From Phoronis australis (lineage: Eukaryota; Animalia; Phoronida), in the NCBI GenBank assembly GCA_002633005.1, contig NMRA01000438.1:257576-321575 (forward strand): DNA of 64,000 nt. The letters are read 5' to 3'. The notes below the pieces were generated by a model. That model was not told the origin of the DNA. It saw only the letters and a program-made list of their open reading frames with translations, and searched no databases. Each line of letters begins with the position of its first letter. Within the stretch, counting starts at the first letter, position 1. A program made the position numbers and the translations under genes. This document shows positions 51,870 through 64,000 of this stretch, in pieces.

Positions 51870-54800
51870 GATATGCTGTCCTCGAAATACCCATTTTTAT
51901 TTTCATTGAGTCAATGAGACTCTCGTTTTCAAGCAGGGCGTCTTGCCCGAACTTTACTAGTCGAACTTTATTATTCCTAAGGCGAGAACGGATTCTCGCT
52001 TCAAATTAAGTTTAATCGTTATTTAACCACTATCTAAACTATGCTTTTAATTTCTTTCATGGAGTATTAAACTGCAAGGGACATCATCGGCTTTACGTAA
52101 GAAAAAACGCATTTTGGAAATTATTGCTGGTTGGAATTATACTTTTTGAAGTTTTGACCATAGCTATAAAACAACAAAGTCTTTTCGTTCTCATCATTTT
52201 ATTACAAATCGCCAATTCTCGTTGATCTTCGTAATCAAGGCAGGTGGCCGTTTAGCGCCTCCTAGCGGCTCAGTGGTTAGTCAGAACGTACATGTATGTC
52301 TACAACTGCGCAGCTGGTGGGTTCGACACTGCGCTACTTCTGATTTCTGTAAAATTGCTTTTCTCGCCGATAATGTCCATTTAATCGCATTTTTGTTACT
52401 TTTCTGGGCCGCGCACATTTCATCCCTGATCCATGAGCTATTGCCGGGAAACTTCACTACACGGAGGGGAAATGGTGAAAGCTGAGACAATATGACATGT
52501 TATAAAGGTTAAATTGTTATACCATACATTTTTGGGCGCAGGAATTATCGCTGAAATTAACATTTAGTGGCAGATCTAGGGGGGTGTTCAGGTTACTTAA
52601 AATCCTACTTGGAATAAAAAAACTGCCCATGGCACAATCGTGGGACGACCCCTCTGTCGCAGTGAATCACCAGTACCGCTGAAATCACAGACCCGCCTCT
52701 ACGATTGTTGGTTGTGCTATACGTCATTTCATAAAACTAAGACCCACTCTTTTCCGTTACTCTTCACTTGTCTGGGGTCAGAAAATAGGTCGACTTCTTG
52801 CTTTAGATTTATTTTCAAGCAGTTCTTGTATCATTTATATCAATTACGTTTCCTTTAACCAATAATTTGAATAAATAAACATTTTCATTAATAATTATGT
52901 TTGTCATCTTCTTAGGTATGCCCTACATATAAGATAATTTGTGATTAGTTAAGGATTCCATGGAAATTGCTGCCGCAACTTACAAATATCTCAATTACTC
53001 TGTAGTTGAAGCTTGGCGCGTGACCTCCAAATTTTTCTGGAGACTCGACCGTGCACATCATGTGAAAATGAAAAAATACTGAAACACGCTAATTATGTCT
53101 GAGTTTGTTGATCGAAGAATCCGCGGACCCACGTTTATTTACGTGACTTTGTTCGCAGCTTAAAACACGATACTTGAAATTTATGAGGGCCGGTGGTTTT
53201 TGCGTTTATTCAGTGAGCGCAGGTTTCAAAATGAACAGAATAAGTAAAAGATTGAGATCGAGAGTGAGATTACCCAATAACATATATGTTTTATTCCATA
53301 AGCGTTGAATACGTCGAGTGCAATACGGCCATGGGATATTGTTCTCCGTATTGCACTCCTAGGACTACTTTTACTGTGCCATCTGACATGGAAAGTTCGA
53401 AAGGTAGTTCAATGTCGACTTGGTATGGTAAGCCGGTTCGATCATCAAACTTTCCCAAAAATAGTTTACAGCATAAATAGCACTCTACAAGCAATCAGTT
53501 CCCAAACATAACATCAAGCACAAAACTGTTAATTATATGACACTTGTGTCTCACTTTCACTTGTTAAATATTATATCGTCTGCTACTCAGGCGCCGATTC
53601 CTTGGAAGTTACAGCGTTAAGTAATGTTGTTATTTAATTATTTTTTAGGAATTGTTACAGGTTCATTGCACAGTTACCGTCTTTTCATCACTGTTATCTT
53701 TTTTCAAATAATAAATCGTTATGTTTAGAACTGTTTCTTTTACTAAACAAAATTTGTAACATAACGCGCAAGTACACAGTACACATAGGATGTGATCTGT
53801 CTCGTGAACATTTTAGGAAAAGTATGTAATATTCTGCCGAAAATGAAAGAAACGTAAGAATTCGAAGCGTATGAGATAAATACAAAACGTACCTCGATTG
53901 ACGTAAATGAAGTAATATCCCACAACACATTTTCTGCGAATGTTTTTTTTAAATCAATGAATTCCCAGATCGTCCTGGTGTTGTGGGGCCTATGGACGTA
54001 GCGATTAGAAACCAACTTGCTGTCTGCTTCAAGACTGCATACTGGATACTGAAAAAATAACTGCCATTTACTCTATATCCATCAGCTTTAGAACTTCAGG
54101 AGAGGGATGGTGTCACATCACCTCCAAGTTACAAATCGGATCAAGCATGTAGAAGGTACAATGTACATGTATACATATACAAATGAAAGTAATCGAAAAA
54201 GCATAACCTCCAACGTTCATTCCAGAATCACAAATTTACGGGCCAAGCGCCAAGTGGCACTACCGTGGCAAAAACAGGGACCACATTAAGAAAATGCAGG
54301 GCCGTTGTCACAATTTCTAAGTAATTGAAGCAAAATGGTTACTGATGAAGATATTTTACGTGCCCACAGGGCTTAACGCTGCACAAAACTCCATGTCAAT
54401 TTAGTGCACTAATGCCGCTAAGTCTCATACTACGAACAAACACCGGATATGACGTGAAAACGTTGGTGACATGTGACATGAACAAGCGATAATAATTACA
54501 TCTGATATAATATTGATTATAACTAGGCTACACATTTTTTTCTAGTCAGTGATTAAAGATTACAGATACTATGATACATTGGTGAATCAGATGGCCGTAA
54601 GCTAAATGCAGTCACTGCATTGAAGTCCTTGTGTACAACATTGTCATGTTAAAGCCCATAGTAGCGTCATCAAGAATCCCATTCAACACGTTGCGTTGAA
54701 TTAGGTGCTTTTGTTTCAGGTTTGTCCCTTACATATACCAGGAAATAATGAATCCAGTGTACCAGTTGTTGCAACTACCCTCTGACACAGCGCCACCTAT

Positions 54801-56905
54801 ATTAACAAGTGGCCCTGTGGAAACAGGATGAACGACACACGGAATTCCGTGTGTGGACATCAATGCGCATGCCTTGGTCGGAAAAATACCGATCACATCG
54901 CTACCACTTGCACGCGCCTTTATGCACTATAGTTGTTTGGGCTTAAGCTACTGGATAGGGGTTCTCTTGATTTTGTTTATTTCGATCACTGCCCTTTTTA
55001 ATAAAATGCAACTATTCAATTCACTGATTGGTGGTCACCAACAGTAAACTGAAACGGGTTTCCCAAATTTCAACGAATAGGAATGTCTTGACATTATGAC
55101 GTCGGTTTCAACAGGAAGCCATGTTAAACATTATTTGACAGTGCTACCTTTCGCCAGCAATGTGAAAGAGTGTATTGTTGCGACAAGCTTGCGTTCTCCC
55201 TATCCCACTTGATGGAACCACAGACGTATCAATTTGTGAGCGCTCATAGTGAGTAAAATAACATTTATTAATCTATTTATTGTGATGTTTAAAATTAGAC
55301 TGAGTTTGACCTCTTCAGTGGCATCACTGCTTTGCAACGGGGCCAAACATACAGTACAAAAACACAAAGCAAAATTTAAAACAACTGGAAAATTAAAAAG
55401 TAAAATACCATACGAAAAGAAGTAAATAAATGTTTACAACAGTGAATAATGATACAGATAGAAATGTATCGATGTAAGAATAAATATCTGAATCACATGT
55501 GTTGCTGAACAATCAATTTAAATGCATAAGTGAAATTAAGACTGTTTTATTTCTGAAGTGAGATATATAATAGTGCATCACAGTGTTTTAAAATGCAGTT
55601 GATCACTAATATTATTATTGATGGTGTAGTAGCACAAAAACTTGCATAACAAACTTTTTCTGAAGATGAATTTACCTGTACTTTCAGATATGAATCTGAA
55701 TGCAAATCCATTAGCCCTTACGCATTTTGACACATTCTTCAGATTCGTCCAAAGCATAACCTTGTTTTTGAGCTCAATTTTGCACAGATCAAGCATAGTT
55801 ATCATGTTTCTTCAGGAGCCTCGTTCATCCGAGGAAAGGTGCCTGTGTGCCTTCGTGAGAGGAGCATTTGTTCGCCGAGTGAGGGGAAAATCTACCTCCC
55901 GATCATCAGCAATAACACAACCGCACTGTGCTCGTTCAAATTGTCACCTGTGTGGATACAGGTGATTTGAACTTCGGAGAGAACTTTTCAATCACTACTG
56001 AGGGGGAATTTTTAGGGCCTCGTGGGGGGCCTTCGGGGGATTTTTCAATATTTTTGAGAGCGGAATAGGGCCGATATTCGGCCCCAAAATCGAGGGATGG
56101 AGGGCCCTGTCTTTTTGGAAAGAAACATGCATCATCTTTCAACCCGTTGTTATGAAAACACAGCCTGGCTGACCGAAGATTCTCCGGTCGTTGCTATGAC
56201 ACTCGGCAACCGAGATGCGACAAAATATGATCCGTAACTTTCCGAAAACATTAAACTTACTCGGACAGGTTTTCCTTCGTCGCCCGTATGGCAACGATCC
56301 AACGCTTCCGAATCTCAACGTCATCAGGGTTTTTAAAAAAGACAGTTGAGTGTCCGTATTTTTTCTAGCCGTTCGAGCAACGCGGAATACAACCAGCATG
56401 TGCCGATAAGCCAACAGAGATATCGTAGTGAGCCTCGTTTTGGAACGCCCTCCTGTCAGCGTGAATTAGGTCTATTGGTCAACGATGTTCGTGACTCAGC
56501 TTTGATAAGTCTAACAAAATTTACCTGACCCATATTCGTGAAACTTATATCAACATAATGTAAGATAGGGCAAGTGCAGACAGCGTTCGTGTAAGCGACG
56601 CATGCTGATCGATACAGTTTGCGATCTAATGTAGCGTAAATGCGACTGAAGTGAAGCAAGTCGCGCCGTGACAACCGTGTCTCGTGTAAAAGTGGCTTAC
56701 TGTGAAAGTATACGATATGATAAATATGAAACCGAAAATAATTGGCCGGTCATCTGTAAATGGCCACGCTTCTTTTCCCCACTACACCACCGGAAGAGCT
56801 GATACCTCAGTGAAGGGGCAAGGCAGAGAATTTAGAATCTTATTCGGCTACGACTGAAGTTGTTTAGGGTATACCCTATATGACAAGAAAGTGACTTTGT
56901 CTAAA

Positions 56906-56972
56906 ATGTATCGCCACTGTGTTTTGTTATTTGTTGCAGCATTTTTCTTGGGAATTTCTGGAAGGCTTACAG
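56906..56972 (+). CDS. Receptor B (tandem paralogue of receptor A), exon 1: signal peptide
   Basis: aaaATG; MYRHCVLLFVAAFFLGISGRLT; ACAG|gtaaga, phase 1; aligns with receptor A exon 1. Confidence 0.8.
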
Positions 56973-58870
56973 GTAAGAAATTTTTCACATGGTTGACAGT
57001 ACCACAGAAACGAATCTGGTCTGTATTTAGCTCACGCGAATAACAGATATGCTTCGTACTGTAGTTACGAGCGAAATCTCGATCGTAATTACGAATGGCC
57101 CACGTTAGAGTCATATAAACCAACGCGTTACAAATACATCTGTAAGCGTGGGACATGTAACCCTACAAGTAGGCAGGAGGTTTATAGGTTTACTGTTTTA
57201 CTGGATTTCTGCTGTCCTCGTGGAGCTCGTGGATAGGAAAGTTATACACTTAACTTTCCCTTTCATGAAAAGTAGCATCCTCATTCTGTCAAGAATATGT
57301 GTTCCAAGGCTTTACTTAGGGGGAAATTAGTAACTTGCGTCTACTGATGAGGGCCGTCCGGAAATACACGGCAACAAAACTATCCTTTGCAAGGGAAATA
57401 AAGCGCGTGACCTCGTTTTTGGAAATCAGGCTGATGTCTCTCATTGACGTCGGGAAAGTGTAGAATTTCATATCACGCATCTACAGGTATATGTCCAGTT
57501 TATCACGTTTCCTGATCCGCGATCCTGATCGGGATTTCATAATTGAACATTTAAAAGACTGGATCCGTGGGGCACGACATTTTCTTGTATATTTCGATTA
57601 TTCACACATTCTACATGACAAAACATAGCTTTACAGCACGCATACTTCCTTTTAAACCTTAATTATTTCACTCTTTTAATTTAAAAAAGTTATCACCTTC
57701 CCCACGACTGAAAAGCTCGTAAAATTTGCCGGTATTCGTGACTGCGATTATTGCTCAGGCAACCGATGACTCAGTTCACTCATGAACATATCACTCGAGA
57801 AAGGTCAAAGTCCGGGAAATTTTGCGTGTAGCAAGGCCTTTGAATTTTTTTGTGCTATCATATTCATCGTAATTTTACATGCATTCTGGGTAAATTGAAA
57901 AGAAAAGCTGTTCACTGGTCTTATTTGTCATCAAGGAGTGTAGTCATCCCACGAAAGCATCAAAAGGTCAACCCCAAGGTCACCGACTCATATCTTGAAA
58001 AAACATTGTGTGTACATACATCCTGGGGGTATATGTTCAAAATGTTTATTTGAAAATTTTGGGCCATTATTTAAGTTAGAGCACCATGAATATTTTGGCC
58101 TAAAATAGCTCATTTTTGGTTCAAAAGCTTCAGAAAGTGATGTTGTTTTAAAACGGCTTAAAAGAACGGGAAAAAAATTAAAATGTTTATATAGATATTG
58201 AACCTTGCTATCAGAAGACAGTCTTTGAATTTTCAAAGGGGTTTCCGCTAGCCTTCACTGGAGTGCCAAAATTCGATAAATTTTGCCCTATTTTGTGAAT
58301 TTGATTGTAAGCCATTTTTGAGGTGCTCCAAGCCAATAGTATTCAAGTAAACTCAGGAATGGTATTCCAATAACTATCAAAATTGGAGATTCAACAAATA
58401 ATCATATTACAGACGAGGAAAAGCAAGTACACGGTGCGACATTATTCACAGCAGCCCACTTTTCTCCAATGTGTCAAAGGGAAAAATCCACAAAGCTATA
58501 GAATAGCCCCCAACATTTCTACACGTGAAATCATCCCGCTGGCGTCATAAGGTTGAGGCAGCTAGCCGTGTTTAACTGAGACTTGTTACGATAATGTCCA
58601 CGTGCATCGACATTTCAAGCTGTTTCTTCAGTTTTCAGTAGATTCGTTCTTCTCCGTTAAATCAGAGACCCCGAACAGAACCAATGATGCTCTTTGGCCG
58701 TTCAACCTTTCTTAACTGTTCACTTCCAAGGCTAAAAATGAGCAATAACCGTCGTTCAGACATCTTCACAGATTGCACCAAATTGTTTTAAAACTTGTCC
58801 CCAAGTAGCTGTGGAAGCATCGTTCTTATAAATGCTCCATGGATGATGACGTTCCAAATTTCTCCCTCAG

Positions 58871-59062
58871 GCATCAGACGACTCGCCCGTGCGACGTCCT
58901 TCTGCCCGCGTTTGAAATTAACGAACGGCGAAACGACACTGATCTCCAACACCAGATGGATGACGGCTTTCCGTTGTAATCCAGGTTTTTATCTGCACGG
59001 TACCGTGGCTGTATTATGCACCTCTAGCGGAGAGTGGCAAAAAGAGCCGCCCATTTGTGTGG
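58871..59062 (+). CDS. Receptor B exon 2: Sushi/CCP domain 1
   Basis: Same tctccctcag| acceptor context as 42262, donor |gtaagt; CPRLKLTNG...FRCNPGFYLHG...CTSSGEWQKEPPIC. Confidence 0.9.
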
Positions 59063-59817
59063 GTAAGTTTTCTGCTCTTCGCGAAACTGGACGGGTAAGG
59101 CGTGATTTTTATGGGTTTAGGAATGGGCACGTCCAGTTGATGTTAGTGGATTACTTAACACAACATCTGTTTTGTATATGCTATATTATACAAAAATTTT
59201 AATTCAGCAACTTAGTTTTCTTGTTGATAGCTTTTTCTGTTTATTCTTTTTAGTTTCTCGTGGAAAGATTTAATGCTAAACGTGCTGGTATAGTAGACTG
59301 ACGAAAGCCCAGACAAGAGGTGAACATTGAAGGAAATAGTTTTTAATCAACTACGTGGTGTTTTTTATTTAATCTTCAAATACTTCAATACAATTTTCAA
59401 GATATATCAAATGTTTGGATATTTGGCTCATTGAATTTTTTTCTTAAATGTTCTGTCAACCAAATAAAACGTGTCCATCCGTTGATACAAATAGTGACGT
59501 CATCTTCATTTGGAGCACCCAACACGAATTTTTGTCCGACCGGTCATGGACTGGTCCACGACCGGTCGTCTAACCGACCAGCAACGATCTTCTAGGGGTC
59601 GTTAGCAGAGTCTCCACTCCGCTCGCCAATTGGGTCGGCAAACTGGTTACCTAGCTTAGACGACCAATTCCGATTAGTCCTTAGTCGGCAATTGCCATTT
59701 TATGACTTAGCGATGAACTTAGGCCAAACAAGTCTTGTGCAATACATTGAACGCGGTAGGCCTACGTCATAAACTTTAATAAATGTGTACTATAGTCAAG
59801 GTCGTACCTTGTTTCAG

Positions 59818-59991
59818 CGGAGGGTTGTCCTGACGTGCGAACGTCACTCACGATGAATTTGAAGGTGAAACAACTCCTTTACAGAGGCTCTCTGGTCAAT
59901 TTTGAGTGTGACCAAAACTTAACTATGGTTGGCAGTGAGACAATATTCTGCAACGGACAGGAATGGAACGACACAGTACCCATGTGTTACG
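59818..59991 (+). CDS. Receptor B exon 3a: Sushi/CCP domain (not shown in the ORF track)
   Basis: gtttcag| and |gtgagt, 174 nt, phase 1-1; AEGCPDVRTSLTMNLKVK...FECDQNLTMVGSETIFCNGQEWNDTVPMCY. Confidence 0.9.
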
Positions 59992-61914
59992 GTGAGTAAA
60001 ATTAACACGCATGATGTCCCCTGATAACTCATAAAAAGAGGGACATCTGGAGTATTCAAATTAAGTGTGTTCATTTTAATAGCGTGCTCGTAATTAATTG
60101 TAGACCTTATAGCGGAAGTCGAACGTTCCTTGAGGCTCCTTCACGGTACGCATGCGCATGCTCTCCCAGTCCGGAATCTACTTCCAGACCAAAGGAAGTT
60201 TCTTATTCATTTGTTCGTCTAAAATAGGTTGAATTACAACGAAGACGACTTATAACTCTAGAATTTACTCTTTTTTCTCTGAAGAGAACTCTTGGAGCAC
60301 AAATGCTTTGTATGGTTTTAGAGCCTCCACCTTGAAAAAGTTGAACACTTTTCGCTCGGCTATCGCTGAATCAGGTGTAGTTTGACACTATTTAGCTGTT
60401 TCACATTCAACGTTATGCCACGAACCACAGGGTTCGTATTCGAGCGTCTCTTCTATGGTGTGATTCGCAGTATTTATACACGGGTATCAATACACGTACA
60501 TGTAGGCCAAACTCGTTGGCGAGGTTGATATTCGATCTGAAGAAAGCGCTATTGATATTCTTCATCTGGCTCAAAAATGTGTACCGCGGAGTCTTAACTG
60601 GTGCGGAGTGATCCCAGCTTCTTGCATCACAGAGCAACTGGTCTATTGGAAGCAGTTCTCTGAAGTTGAACTTTCCAATTCATTAGCATGCAAATCTGGT
60701 GTAAATCTCTGACACCTACTTCTTGATTGGCCAAGAAAGAATTACGGCAAACGGTAAATTAGGTGAACTTAAAAAGCGAGCTTTTACTACATTAAGTGGC
60801 GTAACTCGAACCATAATGCAGACGGTAAACGCGGAGATGGTAGTTCTGATTGCCATGCCTAATGCTAATTTCTTACGCGAACAATCGCTAGGCGATGAGA
60901 CCAACTCTACCTCGAGTCAGCGCAACAAGAACTGTCTACTGTTATGTAGTGGAAATCGACGAGATAAGGTGAATGCTCACAAAAAGTAGTGAAATTAAAA
61001 ACGTTTTAAATCGAGATCAAAAGCCTTTGAAATTTTAGGTAGAAACTTATTAACGAATACGCCATTAACTGGTGTAAAGGCAGATATAATGATTAGAATC
61101 GTAGATGGTAGAGTTAAGTCAGGATTTAAAAAAACAATTGCTTCTCAAAGCATTTCAGATAATTAAATCGGTTATAAGTCGCTTTCTGTCGAAAACACTA
61201 CCAGTGTCGCATTCAAAGTATTTTTTGTCAAATGTTGCCCGTTTCTGCTCATACCCTGCCCTTTCCTTACGACGGACTGGGATATTGAGAATGAAATAGG
61301 TGTGGCTGGGTGTTCGTTCTATAATGGTGACCAAACTCTCGAGGACCTGCTCTCATTCAAATATAATGCGATATATCTCCGGAATTTTTCCCTTTCTAGC
61401 GATAACCGCAATTACTCAATCCCCATTTTGTCTCCGCACTTGCTGCCTCGGCTGTGTTGCAGACAGACTCGGCGTCATCTAGTTATTTACGTGGGTGAAT
61501 GTTATTGAACACTGTCCAATCGTAGAGCAAGTTACTTCTGGTTGAAATGAGGTTTTCACTACGTTTAGTAGTAGTGTTTGTGTTATTTGCGCAGAGACAA
61601 CTTGACACAAGTGTGACAATTTACTTAACCGTGTTAAGGCGGGGGTAATTTCAGTATTCAATGTAAGTTATAGGGTGGACGCAAAGTTGCTGACGATGTG
61701 AAAGTACACAGAGGATGTGCGCTTGCTTAGTAACACACATAGAGGTGTCTAATAATTTGTTTGCCATATTTGTCGCATGGTGAAGGACGTGAAGTGCGCG
61801 CGCTCGGCTGAACTGGAGCAAGTTGCTGTAGGGCAAAGAGTTGCTTATCTTGTAGTGTGGACGCATAATATTCGCACGATGTTGTCAAGACTGAGCTCAA
61901 ATAAATTGTTGTAG

Positions 61915-62088
61915 CGAGTGCTTGCCCAGAAGTTTTGGCTTCACGTCCGATTAACTTGAGGATACGGGATATTCAAAACAACGGAACTCTTATCTCGTTC
62001 ACCTGTGACGAAAACTTCACAATGAGTGGCAGCGAGAAAATCTTCTGCAACGGAAGTGATTGGAATGGCACAGTCCCCGTCTGTTACC
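61915..62088 (+). CDS. Receptor B exon 3b: duplicated Sushi/CCP exon; gene presumably continues beyond the window
   Basis: ttgtag| and |gtgagt, 174 nt, phase 1-1; ASACPEVLASRPINL...FTCDENFTMSGSEKIFCNGSDWNGTVPVCY. Confidence 0.88.
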
Positions 62089-64000
62089 GTGAGTTACACA
62101 CTGTACACCTACATTTACTTTCAATGAATTGTCCATTAAGTCAGTGTTCGTCGTCCTGGAGGGTTCACGGACGGAATCCAAATTACTGTGTAGGTTACCA
62201 ACATATGATGCTGCCAATGAGGCTCAGCTCTTTTTCATAGGGACACATTAGAAAGTGGAATTATACAGCCCTTCCCGTTGAAGAGGCCAAACAGTCAACT
62301 TACTGTTTTTAGCACTTACCTTGTTACTGTTATGCACTTTGATTCCACTTAATTCCCATGCGTCCTGTATTGTTGGGTCGGACTATAGGGTTTGATTTGA
62401 ATTGAGATTGACTACAATAAATCGCCACAGTCTTGGCATCTGAAGGTAATGTAACGTCAAAAGCATCCCAAAGCCTGATTTGAAGCTCTAATGGCCCTGC
62501 AGTTCTGCTGAAGACTAGAAATCCCTCCTAGTCTTTCAGTGAGAGTCACTTTCAGCAAGTGCCCCCTGTTGTCGTTTAGTGCACACAAAGCTTGACGTAC
62601 ATGTACGCCTTCCACACGCGATCCTGAAATATATTGGGTACGAGACCAAACAAAATATTAAATTGCAATGAGTCTGCACCTGCTGTCATGAAAACAATGT
62701 TGATATAAGCCAATTATCGTTACGAATCAACCAAATTCATCTTGTTCCTTACTATGCAGGATTTCTAGACATGAAAAGGATTCCTAGATCGTTATTGCTT
62801 TTGGCCGTCTGAGAAATTCCAGGAGTTACCAATTTCAATTCAAACGGCGAATTAAAAAGGTTTTGTCGACAGTAGAACATGCAAAATATACTCGTCTCTG
62901 TCTTAACAGAACTTAGGAATTAAATCTTTTCCCGTGTTTCAAAAACGCATGTCGGAAATCATCCGTCACACCTCGGGTATTCTAGTAGGCTCACATTTAG
63001 CCTCCGTGGTAAACGTTATCTGCGCATGTGCACATTTCAATCGTACGGCTAATCTAGTCTCCTTCACAGACCCTCGAGGTTGGTTAGGGTCTGCTACAGG
63101 ACACTTTCCGATCCGCATTCTTGCAATATCATTGGCTGTTCCGATTTCAAGAAACAAGGCATTCTATTGGTCAGTTGTATAATAGGTCAAACTAGTTCAC
63201 CAACATGGCGACTTCCAGTAAAAGAATGTCGATGGATTTACAGCTGTTTAAATCTCTCTGTTTTCATCAAACTCCCGCAATTCAAAGCTAACGAGTCAAG
63301 GAAAACATCACCAGTAATGTATACGAAACATGTTGTGATAATTATCTTGTATACTGNATATTTGAGAGCTTATTGATGGCAGTTAATGATCCCAGCATTA
63401 GAGCTAAAAGTTCGAGTCTGAGTTCGAGGTTTTATTAGAAATCTTAAACAGTTTTTACTCAAATTTTAGTTCGAATCTAGTGGTTATTAAGTACTCATTA
63501 AGTCTATCTTGATCTCGCTAGAAAGTGGACTGGAAGTGACAAAAACAATTTCGAGTTTGATTTGGATTGAAAGCTTCACTCTAGAGGTGTATTCCCAAAA
63601 CATGATCACGTAATCCCTTTTCAGGGTTTTAAATCAATCCATACAAGACTGGACTAGAATTTGTTTAGCCCAAAAAGCATTTATATGTGGAGAATGAGAA
63701 AACATCTGTACTAAACTGTGTTGAAAAGATTAATCCTTTTTAAGTTCCTTATTCACAACGTGTACCATTTTTCAAGCTGCTATTAACCCAACCTCTTTTT
63801 AGAACCATCATGTAACAATATAAGATTGGTCTCGTACTAACAATGTTGTTTTTGGCCAAAATAGTAGCAAAAATCTAATCACAATTGTTCGCATGAAGAT
63901 TGACATGTCTAGCAATGTCCAGGGTCAATCTTCACGTGTGTGCTCGTGATTAGACTCTTGATCTCGTACTGTTCCTTAGTGAGATTACACGTGGCATATT

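Noticed and set aside
57344-57380. Hammerhead at CTGATGAG-ggccgt...acggc
   Set aside because: The hairpin is followed by aacaaaac instead of GAAA and no stem I or III is present.

Overview
AT-rich, intron-containing eukaryotic (animal) genomic DNA, probably from a marine invertebrate (inference). It comes from a draft assembly with N gaps at 14926, 15541-15597, 23911, 31709, 37070-37129 and 63357. Most short ORFs in the track are noise. Four spliced + strand genes were rebuilt by hand from GT-AG sites and consistent phases. (1) The last four exons of an adenylate-kinase-like gene with a long C-terminal extension (3205-9242). (2) A family-B/adhesion/Methuselah-like 7TM receptor with an N-terminal somatomedin-B-like Cys-rich ectodomain (27231-31708), broken by an N after TM6, with a candidate last exon at 31904. 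(3) A complete 7-exon, ~460-aa type I membrane protein, signal peptide-CCP-CCP-MAM-Thr-rich stalk-TM, matching the class C scavenger receptor layout (39736-50857). (4) Its tandem paralogue (from 56906, running off the window), in which the second CCP exon is duplicated. The rest is rich in transposon debris: Penelope-like retroelement remnants with minimal hammerhead ribozyme motifs, Helentron-type HINEs, tRNA-derived SINE heads, a LINE fragment, several MITE families (one with CAT/CAG ends and 5-bp TSDs), and micro- and minisatellites. No prokaryotic system or CRISPR array is supported.
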